The position numbers and the translations under genes are program-made. 57,443 nucleotides of DNA. Origin: Vitrella brassicaformis CCMP3155. Its lineage: Eukaryota; Protista; Chromerida. Below the pieces are notes generated by a model that saw only the letters and a program-made list of their open reading frames with translations, was not told the DNA's origin and made no database searches. Where the stretch lies: NCBI GenBank assembly GCA_001179505.1, contig CDMY01000526.1, forward strand, positions 1-57,443. Reading direction: 5' to 3'. Each line of letters opens with the position of its first letter. The first letter of the stretch is position 1. Below are positions 12,501 through 23,798 of the stretch, in pieces.

Positions 12501-15500
12501 TGGTGTATGTATGCACTTGCCTTGTGGTTATTGTCTGCTTTCTTTTTGCCGTTGGTGTCAGATTTCTTTTTGGCATTGTCGTTGAGGAAGCCCTTGCGGA
12601 AACCAAACGCCTGTATAGCATGGGCAGACAGCACAGCCACATCAGTCAGTACTGACTGACTCGTGTTCCGATGGATGGATGTGCGCATGGGTGTATGGGT
12701 GTATGGGTGTATGGATGCATGGATGCCTACGCTACCTACGCACGTGTGTCTCTGCAGGTGCACTTCGGGTAGACTCTGTGCGCGTGGCCGTGTGGGTGTC
12801 CGCGGCGGCGGCGGCAGCAGCAGCAGCGGAGCGGTCGACCGTCTTGCTCTTCTTGACCTCACCCTCCTTACGCTCGACAGCCTATATGTGTACGCAGCGC
12901 AGCAGGTGCGTATCCTTGGGGTCTTAGGTTAGGTGGTGTGCTGACTGACGCGCGAGACCACCCATAAATACCTTGTCGTCATGAGGGTGTTTGCTGCGTC
13001 GGTCCTTGTCGTCTTTGTTGTCCTTGTCCTGGTTGATGGCCATAGTGGTGGTGCCGCCCGTGGCCTCCTGCATCTGCTTCTCCCACTCCAACTCCCAGTC
13101 CTGGTGCACCACGCGTATTTATTATGCACACGTCATGTTTTGCACAGGAGTATCGTATGTGTTGGTGTTGGTTTGACCTTTTCGCCTCTGCCGATGCCGC
13201 CCAGCAGGTCGTCCGTGGCGTCAGTGGTGTCAGCCAACGGGGACAGATCCAAATCTGAACACACACATCCACACGTCCATCCATTCATCCATCCGTCCAT
13301 CCATCCATTCGACGGCGTTTGGGTCCGTGAGCACGTGTCTGACCGTCCTGTGCGTCCATGTCGTTTCCATTGCCTGCAGAGTGGTCATGTTGGTGTTCAA
13401 GAAGGTGTCTATGAGTCTGCAGACTACACGTACCTGTCCTGGCGAGTGCGCGTTCCGACTGCTGTATCTCGCGCATCAGCCGCTTCCACATCAAAAACAC
13501 CTGTGCGTCACGTCACCACACGGCCACACAGGACAGGCATGACGCGCCCATTGATGACGTAGGCAGGCAGAGGCATACATACGCCAGGTGGGGGGATGTG
13601 GGTGTACGTACCTGCTTCATTTTGCGCGTTTCGCCCTCCATCCACTCGAGCAGTTTGACGACGATCTCCTCGCTCAAAGCGGGGTCACCCTCGGGCACCT
13701 GCATTAAAGAGGATGGGATGGGGACCGTGCAACGTACACGCATCGGTCTGTCTGTATGTGCAGGTAATCAATTGCAATATCCGAAGCCCACATCGTCTTG
13801 GGTGTCATCTTCGATCGGGCCATCCTCCTCCTACGCACATACATACACATACATACAAGTACAGAAGGAAAGGCCCCATGGATGGATGCTTCACCACTTT
13901 CCCTACTCATTCACTCACTGACCAGTTCGTCTCGGCACCGCTTGCGCCCCCTCTCACGATTCGTGTCGTCCGTCTCATCCTGAATGGCACACACCATGTG
14001 AGGCCACGTCACGTCACGTCACCGTGTGGGGCTTTTGATGCGGATGCATCTCTGTCTGTCTGTCTGTCTGTCTGTTGGTACTTGCAAGAGTACGGGCGGC
14101 GGTGGCGGGACGAAGGGCAGGGGCGCCTGGGGGGACCCACGCTTCTTGCTGCACAGTTGAGATGCACACAGACACACACAGACAGACACCCACACATGGA
14201 TGGATTATGGATATTTCTGTCTGTCTATCTGTCTGTCTGTCTGTCTGTCTGTCTGTCATGCGTAGGGGCATACCGCGTGTTGGTGCTGGTGTTGCTTGCG
14301 CTCGTGGTGGTGGTGGTCTTGTCGTCTTCCTTGGCGCCCTCCTTATCCTTGCCCTCCTAAACACCGACACACCCACAGACACACAGACAGACAGACCAAT
14401 GGTCGCGAGGGCGTCTGCACACGCTCTGAAGGATGCATGTGCGCATATATGGGTGGGCGGACGGATAGATGCCGTACCTCCTTCCTCCTCTCGTCATCAT
14501 GGTGCTGCTTCTCCTGCACACGCGCAGCCATGTGCACAGACAGCAAACGGGTGCACTCGTTGGCAGGCATGGGCGCGCAGACAGTGTGCGTACCATTCTG
14601 AGTCGTTCGTGCAGGTGCTTCAAGAGGTCAAAGGTCTGGGAGAAGTTGCTACGCAGAGGCTGCACGTGACCTGCGCACGTGCCATAGATAGATAGACAGA
14701 TAGATGCACACCCATCCCACCCATGCCCCCACACAGCCCCGTGTCACTTGTTGCTTGCTACCCATGAGTTCTCGCAGGTCCCGTCGTGCGTTGAGTTTGA
14801 CGCAGAGCTTGCGGGCGTTCTTAATCAGACGCATCATGCTGTGCAGATTCTGCACACACACATACACACATTCAGCAATCACCAAACAGATCAGTGGGGG
14901 GAGGGTTGATGTCACGTCACCTGGTATGTGAGACAGAGGCCGTCCAGCAGGCGCTGCCAACAGCCGGGCACCGAATCCCTGTTCGTTCGAGTCAACACAG
15001 AAATTGGCACACTTGCAGGTGAGGTTCATTCTGTCCGTGTGGTGTGTACTGTACCTGGGTACGACTTCCCAGAGTGACGACTGCACCGCCCCGCCCTCGT
15101 CGTCGCCCACACTCGTGCTGAACCAATCACACCAACACCAACACGCACACAGCAATGAGCACTCGCGTGGGCACGCTGCACACATACCGTCACGTGGGCA
15201 CCTACCTGCTGGGCGTGTGCTTCTTTGGGGGGATGTGCGTGTCGGGCACCAGAGGCCTGCCTCGCGCAGACACAGAAAGAGCCGACAGACGCCAAAGGAC
15301 GTGTATTGATGGACATGGATGGCAATTGACGTACGTACCGTTTGTTGCCGTTGGTATTGGTGATGTTGACATTGCTGTCGGGTTTGTTGGCGCTGTCCCC
15401 GTGCCGCCGGGAGGCACCACGCATGGGCGGAGGCGTCGTCGACAGGGAACCTATGCGATGCGACAGACACGTGTCAAAGAATCACTCAGTCACGTGTGGG

Positions 15501-18500
15501 TTAGTGTCTCGTTGGTTGGGAGGGTGTACAGTACAGTGGGTAGGTGCGTCAGTCAGTGTCTCGCTCACCTGCCGCTGACGATGAAGCCGATGCTGATGCA
15601 GCTGCGGGCTGCTCGGCTGTTCGCGCGAGCTCCTCAACCTACACGCCCATCGATGGCACATGTAAATCGCAACACACGTACGTATGCGGTCCATGTGTTA
15701 TATGTGCGTATGTGGGTGCGTGTGTGCGTAGCTAGCTACCTGTTTGTTGAGTCTGTCGAGCTCCCGTGCCGTCCACTCCTGCTGGTCGTCATGCTGGGAC
15801 AGGCAGTCCAGGAACGCTGCACACAGCAAACCAAACACACATTTACGTGAATGAATGAATGGTATGGTATGGGTGCCTTTTGTTGTTCGCTGTACCCTCG
15901 TCGTCATGATCGTCGGCATGGTGCTGCTCCGCGACGGCAGGGGGGAAGGGATCCAGAGCAATCACTGCAGTGCACACCATACACTCAGACGTACAAACAT
16001 GACTGTGAACCGAACGAGAGAGCGCGTGTGTCACGTGGGTCCGTCCGCACCGTCCTCTGTGATGGCGTGTATGCCCTTCTTGGGGACCATTTGTGTGGCA
16101 CTTGGGATGGGCCCGATGGAACCGCCGCTCTTCCAGTAGATCACCCTGGTCAGTGGGTTGTCAGCGGGCACACAGAACAGAAGGAGCACCAACATGGACA
16201 AATGGTCTGTAGGGGGGTCACCTGAGGAAGTTGACGCTTTCGATGGGGTCTCTCAGCTCGACGCTGCGGTTGAAGCCGTCAATACTACATCGCATTACAG
16301 TGCATTCCACACGGACGTACGCATATGCGACACACATCGATAGATAAAGTATAAATGCATGAGATGAGTGCGCGGGCATTTATTCACTCACCCGGCGTCC
16401 ACATCATAGCAGAACATGGTGGTCATGGCACTGACGATAACCACACGGATAGATAGATAACCCACACACGACACGAAATGCATGCCCGTGCACTTCGCCC
16501 TTGTCTGTCTGTCTGTCTGTCTGTCTGTCGATTGCATTCCTTTGCCCGCCCACTGACCTGGCCATTCCGAGCATTCCGTAGCTGAGAGTCATTTTGAAAA
16601 GCGACGTGTGCAGCGACAGTGGCAGGTAGTAGTAGTACTGGCGCAGCCTCTGGCAGATGGGCAGGTCGCTTGCAAACACCTCTCGGTGGTTAGACAGCAC
16701 AGCAGACTGCACGCACACATAGACAGATAGATAACCACACACACTGGATGGTGAGATGTCTGTCTCTCTGTTGGGAACCACACCCACCCACCATGAAGAC
16801 GAGAAAGACGTGTCTGCAGTTGAGGCCGCTCATGTCGCGACGCACTCCAGTGAGGAAATCAGTCAACAGACGCGAACCTATAGCATCAATTAAGAGAGAG
16901 ATATCACATTTATCATCGCATTTATTTCTCATTTCCACGGTGCCCTGTGGGGGTGAGGGTACCGTACCGATCTTCATGCTCTTCTCGCATCGCTTGCGAT
17001 CCTTCTCCAGCTTGTCAGCTGCCTTGGCCAGCAGAGCTCGCACCTCTGCACACACAACACACACACATACACAAATACACACAAATGGACACGTAGACGT
17101 GTATGTATCTCTATGTATGGGTCGAGATGGCTTGCCTTTGGCCTGTGAGGTGTATGCGGGCATGAGTTCATGGATGTCGGGCGAGGGCGGAGACACAGAA
17201 GGCTGCACACATGGACGGACATTCGCATGCACAACCATAAACAAACGTGTTGTGTTGTGCGCCAACAGAAAGATCGACACGTACGGAGGGAGATACCTAC
17301 ATACATACCTACCTGCATCTGTGCGGCCTCCTCAGCTGCCTGCTGTGCGGCCTCCTCGAGCAACGACTGCCACACACAGGTATCGGTAATGTACACCGAG
17401 AGGAAAGAGACGCCCACACTGATCCCGTTGGTGCGGGTGCACTCCCATTCCAAGCTCCCATCCGCTGACCTCTTCCTGTTTTTTGTTTTTCTTTTTGCTG
17501 CGCTTCTTCTTCTTCCCGGCGGCGGTGCTGCTGGGGGCCGGCAGGGCGGCTTCTGGACGGACGGACGGATGAAGGGACGCACAGACAGGTGGGTACCAAA
17601 AGGTGCAAATAGGTGAACGGGTCGATGTGCACATGTACCGTTTGTTTCGTTTGCTGGCGTGCTGTTGTTGTCTTGCGGCGTGATGGACTCGTCGTCGCTC
17701 TGCTCGCCCTGCATCTGAACAAAGGTGAATGTGGGGACACCATTCTGTGGGAGTTGTCTGTGTAGGCCCCGCCCCGCCCCGCACATATGCTCGTGCGTGC
17801 GGGTACCTTACCTTTGCAAATGCGGATGGCGGAGTCATTGGGGAGCGATCCTGAACGCACAAATGCATGAGCTTTGATGAGGTGCAATGCATTCACGGAG
17901 GGCATGTGTGTATGTGGGCGGGCAGGTAGGTAGGCAGGGACCCACCTGTCTGAGTGCGGCGGTCTTGAGGGGTCCCTTCTTGCCCTTGACCTCAGTCCAC
18001 TCATCCTCAGACTCCACGTGGTCGTTGCCGTCATGGTCCTGGTCCTGGTCGTCATCCCGGCTGCAGCACAGAGGCAACCACACGTGTGTGGATTGGGGCA
18101 GGTACGGCAAGTTGTGTGGGCATGTATACGTACCTGGGTGATCCATCCATCTCATTCAGCACTGCGAAGGCGTTCTCGGTCGACCTCCCTCTGCTGGCGG
18201 TTTGTTCCTTTCTCTTGACATTCTTTCTGCTCGGACGCTCCTCGACGCGCGCCTGCAGGGGGCACACAGGTCTGGTGCCTCCGTCGGATGTATGGTATGG
18301 AGTGGATGTCTCGTGTGCGCCTGTCTGTCCGTGGTACCGTATCAGGCACGATGGGAGACACCGCCGCAGACGCCATCTGCACGGCAGACAGACAGATGTT
18401 TATAGGGAGGGAGGGAGGGAGGGGGGAAGACGTGTGCGTGTGGTCGTGTCCAGCCAGCCGCCCACCTTCTCTGCCTTCTTGTTGTCGTCTTTGTCTTTGT

Positions 18501-21182
18501 CTCTGTCCGTGTCCTTGTCTTTATCCTTGTCTTTCTCCTTGTCTTTGTCTTTGTCCTTGTCCTTGTCTTTGTCTCTGTCTCGTCTGCTGCCCCGGTCCCT
18601 CTGCCCTTCCCTCCTGCGGCCACTCGGCTGCCGAGGAGTCTGTCATACATCCATCCATCGATCCATCCGTAGTGTATGTATGGCAACAGAACGGGTGAGT
18701 CATTGCACTGCAGTACCTACTTACCTGTGTGTTGGTGTTGGTTTGTGGTGGTACTGGTGGGAGCGGGGGAGGCAGAGGGGGAGGAGGGGGCGGGGGCGGG
18801 GGAGGGGGCGCCTTTGGAACTGCACGCGGCGCACCACAACACAAGCACACGCGTACAGTGCCACGACAAAAGGATGATGGATGGATGGATGGATGGAATC
18901 GAATCGTGGACAAAACTTGTCCACACTCTGTGGGTGCGTGCAGTGTGGGCAGGTGGGTACATACAGTACCTGCTGTCAATGCGACAGGGGTGGACGCAGT
19001 GAGCAGACCCTCCGACCCTCTCGACCCCTGGGGCGACGGCAGAGTGGTCAGCGGCTCTGATCGATCGATCGACCCACCCATACATAGCACACATACATAG
19101 ATGGGCGGGCGTCCTCACCAACCAACCAGTAAGAACGCTTTTCGTGTCTGTTGACAAACTACCTGGTGCAGCCGGTTTCCGTGGCTCCTTCTCAGGCTGG
19201 GGCCCCGCAGACGACGGTACTGCACCAACAAACGTACAAACATCCATTCATCCATCCATCCATCGGTGGATGCAAGTAGATGTGGCTGCATTGGGGGTGG
19301 GGTGCCATTGGGTACCGTACCGTCCTTGTCTTCTGTGACGCCCCACAGCGGCTGGTCATCCTCGCGAGCAGGGGGAGGCCCTGCACACCATGAATGCAAT
19401 GCACGAAGGCCATCTCGATGGGCATCTGGGCGTCCATCTCTCTGTCTGTCTGTCTGTCTGTCTGCGCACCGCACCTAACGTACGTACCTGGTAGGGATGG
19501 GAACTCTTCTGTATCGTTGAGGGGCATCACGCGATTCCCTGCAAACACAACATGCACGTGTGCCTGTTCTTAGTGAGGCTCGGACGGTGCGGCGCATGTA
19601 GACCACGTTACGCATGCACACGTACCATGTCTGGCAGCACTGGCGGCACCCGGCGTCTGGGAACGACGCGCATCTGCACTCATTCACATACACACACACA
19701 CGTACATACACAGTGTCATGCCATAGGGTGGGTGGGTGGGTGTAATTGGGTTGTGGTCTCTTGTGGTAGGGTAGGGCGCATGTGTACCTTTCCTGACCCT
19801 GCCGCCTCCACCATGGCTCTCCAGATGCAATATCACCTGCAGCAATCAAATCAATACGTGCAGTGCATGTCCATCGCTGATGACCCCGTCTGTCTAGTTA
19901 TGCACCTTTTTGGTGCTGCCTGAGGGTCTCTTTGGCTGGGTGTCCTCCGGTACGTCGCTTGCCGCCGGCATGATCGACGACGAAGCGCTCGACGGCTGCT
20001 GCCCGTACTGCACCGCAAAGCAACAAGACAAGACAAGACAAGACCAAGAAATGAGTCAGGGGACCTCTACATGATTGATCGGGTGTGTCTTGAGCCTCAC
20101 CGATTCCTCAACGTCATGGTGCTGCATTTCTTCGCTCCCATGCTCACTGTTGGACACATCGCTCTCGTCCAGCAGACCGGTGATCCACGCAGGAGCTGTG
20201 AAAACAGCACAGTGGTAGGGTCTGTTGTCACATAGTCACCTGCACACCTGCTTCGTCTCTGTCGTACTTCTCCACCAAAGGCGTCTCGCGGCGCAGGCGA
20301 AGGTACGCATTGTATTGGGCAACTGCAGGAGGCCAGGCAACACATACCACCGCACCGCATGTGTGTCGAATGTGAATGTCTGTCGCTGCGTGGGGTGGCT
20401 GCGTCTACGGCCCAGACACGTGAGGACGGACGGACGGTACCTTCCTGCATGTCGGAGATGATTTCCTTGGAGCGCTCGCGCCAGTTGGGCCACTTCTCGG
20501 TCTGCAGCCAAGCAGCCCACAGACGTATGTGTCAGTGAACACGTTGGATGCGATGAAACGAGCGTTCCCCCTTCTGTCTGTCTGCCTGTGAATGCGGACC
20601 CATGTCTTCCAACAGGCAAACCCGAACATCTGCAGCCCCAGGCCGGAAACGCATTTCAACGTGTCATGTCACGTGTGTGTAAATCGTGTGCCGTTCGTGT
20701 GCCGCCGACCTTGTCCGCGCCATGGTAGCAATTGCAGGCCTTGTACTGCTCGCCAGGCACATTCGGATGCCGCTGACACTGCGCCGTCTTGTAGAGCTGA
20801 CAGACACACAGACACACAGACAGGCAGGCAGACAGACAGACAGACGGACCACACAGATACGCACATATCATCACACCATCGCTCCCCCTCAGCCCGCATC
20901 TATACTCTCGTGGAGCGCATCGCATCTGTCTGTCTTACCAACGGGTGGTACAAAATCTCATTGGGCGTGTGCGCCAGCGGGCAGTGCGTGTCAAAGTGCG
21001 CCTCTGTGCACTGATCAACACACGCCAGGCACGCGCACCATCTGCCATGAGCGAGACCAGGCCAGGTGATCTGCGCATCAGCGTACCTGGAAGGGCACGT
21101 AGAAGACCGTATAGGGCGACCGATCAGCTTGCAGCCCTGTGAACGGGTGAGCCTCGACGGGAGCTGAGAAGTTGTGGTCCAT
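6582..21182 (-). CDS. Very large multi-exon gene: N-terminal Unkempt-like CCCH motif, long low-complexity region, C-terminal ankyrin repeats (may be more than one gene)
   Basis: Dozens of short open exons flanked by minus-strand AG/GT sites run in an apparently unbroken chain. Examples: AMTTMFCYDVDAG|IDGFNRSVELRDPIESVNFLR|VIYWKSGG and GDLNVPVALPLSMANMTHLIDHY. The last exon is EEDEKHAAAHANPQDEA* (TGA at 6584-6582). The start is uncertain (21182, or upstream near 21469). Confidence 0.55.
7900..9345 (-). other. Ankyrin-repeat-coding exons
   Basis: LDLSKTPLHALAAEGDVEMIEFA...ALIDVGA and GIHPFVAAVLSEHLEVVEW match the ankyrin TPLHxAAxxGxxxxV consensus. Confidence 0.65.
18478..18580 (-). repeat. Coding (TTGTCT/TTGTCC)n hexamer repeat encoding a Lys-Asp (DKDKDK) tract
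   Basis: Direct hexamer repeats inside a minus-strand exon bounded by splice sites. It translates as a charged KD-rich linker. Confidence 0.7.
20710..21080 (-). other. Unkempt-like CCCH zinc-finger motif exons
   Basis: CTEAHFDTHCPLAHTPNEILYHPL|LYKTAQCQRHPNVPGEQYKACNCYHG resembles the CxxAHxxxExxYHPxxYKTxxC signature of Unkempt/TZF-type fingers. Confidence 0.5.
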
Positions 21183-21575
21183 CCTGGATCAACTACATAA
21201 CCGTCTGCACGTTTTCTCTTGAAATAACGCTCTTCACAACGCAGGCAGAGCCACTCCGCATCGGCACCCTTCGCTCCCCCAGATCTTGCGAGCTCGGAAA
21301 ATGGCGAGCTTGAAGGGTGGGAGTCCGAGGCCCAAGCGCTAAACACCATCCATCCACGAGTATAGATCATTGTAGATGATGCAGTACTTTCACTCGTTGA
21401 AGGTTCCTTGCTGTTCTTCTGTTTCTTCTCGTTCTTGACTTCAGGTACCTCCGCCACTTTGACACGCACACAGCTGATAGAACAACAGTTGGCACCGAGG
21501 AGCCCATACCTTCCCTTCCTCAGGCACAGCAGTCAACAGACGCGTTTGCTATTTCCCCGGGTCGGGGGGAAGGCC

Positions 21576-22293
21576 ATGATGGAGCCTCAGGCGGAGAACA
21601 ACATCCCACCACCATCCGAACACGTGAACAGACAGAGGACCCGCCGCAGCGACGCCCACGACGCGCACACAGCGTCTTTGTTGGTTGGTTGGTTTGTTTG
21701 TGCAGGCAGCGGGAGATCACCCCACGCCAAGCACACCTGCCAATTCGAGCCCCCCCTGTTTCTACCCAACGACACGGCACGTGATTGTGAGCGGACAAGT
21801 AGCTCATAAATAAATGCCAAGCCCGTGTGCTTACTATGCCAATGCCGTGTGCTTACTATGCCAATACCTGTCTTGATGCAGGTCGTGTCCAACCTACTTG
21901 GCGTCCTGCTTGGCGCTGGCGCAGGTATGAGAAGGTTGGGATGGAGCGCCTTATTACCTCCTAGATTGTGTGTATTGCATGTTGCTCACAGCTGCCGGCG
22001 GTCTGTACATCTGCTTGGTGTGCTTCGGGGGAGAGGACGACGGCCGTTTGTTCACCGGCAGCAAATGCACCATGACGCAGGAGATCGGAGGCCCGCTGTC
22101 TCTCGTCATGGGTACGCGTCGATGCCACTTCTATGAACGACTCTGCACGTATGTGGGCTCTGTTGTTGTCAGGGGTAGCCGCAATGGTCGTGAGCAGCGT
22201 GTTTCTCTACCAGGGGAGAAGGTGGTAGGTGGTGCTGGGCTGGCTTGCTCGTCTCCCTGCATGGTGCGAGGCGCGTCTTTCCGTGCCTCATGA
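21576..22293 (+). CDS. Small putative membrane protein, multi-exon (ends approximate)
   Basis: Plus-strand exons with GT-AG ends: VVSNLLGVLLGAGA|AAGGLYICLVCFGGEDDGRLF...GGPLSLVM|GVAAMVVSSVFLY. These give two to three hydrophobic segments. Confidence 0.3.
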
Positions 22294-22814
22294 TATGATG
22301 AGTGAATACCTAAAGGTACAGTGAAATCCAGAATGAGACGAAGAGGAAGGGAAAGGAGGGAATGCACGTGATCAACAGGCCTGTACAGACCGGTGCAGGT
22401 GGTAGTGAGGGTGAGGTGAGTCAGTTGATGGCCGTGATGGCATTTGTCGGTTGGTGGTTTGTGCGTACGTTGTGAAGCTTTTCTTCCCACCTTGTTGCTG
22501 CTGTACAGGCTGTGTCTGTGAGATGACTTTGCGCCCTTCGGAGGGGGGCACATAATTCATGGTGGTTGGTTGGGTGGTTGGATAAGTGGTTATTGTGTTG
22601 ACTCACGGAGGGATCCTGTCATGTCACCCACTAAACTAGCAACATGCATAGAGAGCTCTGCCCCTTCCCACTCAGCAGACTTCGGTTCCCATCGTAAAAG
22701 AGGATCGTTGAAATGAAAGGGGGACAACCAGACACCTGATCTACGAGTCCACGAGGCAACCAACATACGATCCCCATTCGCATAGTAAATTCAGGGTTCC
22801 CCGACATCGGTGAG

Positions 22815-23413
22815 ATGGCCAAGGACGCTGCCCGTTCGGATGTCTTCCGCAAACTACTGAAGGAGAGCAGAAAGCAGGCGGTACGCATTCATCCCGATAG
22901 CCGTCAGGACACACACCTGCAAACCGCATCACGACACAGCATGGAGGCTCATCGCCCGTCCCATTTAAAATTTCTGCAGATCAGGGAGACCCTTTTCATT
23001 GCTGAAGGCGAAAATGATTCTGCTGCGGTCTCTTACCTGAAGGACGCACTCAGCAAGACGGAAACGATGTTCGCGAGCAGGTACAATAGGGACGGGGTTA
23101 CCGCTCTACTATCAATCTGCCCGGTTTGTGGTGTGCATCATGCAGCCCCCTTGCTCAGGCACAACAGCACGCGCCAGCCCGCCCCGGCGTCGAGCAGAAG
23201 TGCGCAAGTTACTCAGATGGCGCCATTGGTGACGAGCCACAGGAGGGTGCCACGCACGCCGAGCAGCCCGATGACGAAGGCAAGACGGTGGAAAGTGCGG
23301 TAAACGTAGTAGGAGATGCCAGGCAGGCCGACTTCGAATCCCGTGTGGCTGTCATCCGAAGTCGGCTGAACGGCGTCATGAGCAGACTGGGGAAGGGGAA
23401 AGGCAGTGAATGA
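22815..23413 (+). CDS. Hypothetical protein, 3 exons
   Basis: MAKDAARSDVFRKLLKESRKQA|IRETLFIAEGEND...TMFAS|PLAQAQQHAP...FESRVAVIRSRLNGVMSRLGKGKGSE*, with canonical splice sites. Confidence 0.5.
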
Positions 23414-23798
23414 CGTGACGGACCTGTCTGTGTATGGCACAGAAGAATGCTTTCGCTGATCGTGTGGGTACGTACGTACGAGTAAGCGGCACAACATTGG
23501 CCGCGGTGTGCGCTGCGTCAAGATTCAACACATATGATCATGATCACAGGATACGTAAGCGTCTTTGCGGTTGCCATGCGTACGCTGTCGACGTGAATGC
23601 ATCGATGATGAGCCGTCACAGCCAGTCAGCTCATCGCATGATCCGACACTTCACATGGGTCCTCTATGACACTTAGGTCAACGCTTTACTAGTGAAATTG
23701 CCCATCCCTCCAAGTGCATCAGCCGAGTAGTGCCACTCAGCCAGTGAGAGAACATGAGAAACCACCCGGCTTTCCCAATCTATCGATTCACCTCTCAC

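Noticed and set aside
18086-19100. Plus-strand ORFs rich in SLSLSL, CLCLCP and poly-G
   Set aside because: They are antisense translations of the minus-strand KD-repeat and proline-rich exons and of intronic repeats.
21823-21865. 21-bp direct repeat CCGTGTGCTTACTATGCCAAT, two copies
   Set aside because: It is a local intronic tandem duplication with only two copies and no sign of function.
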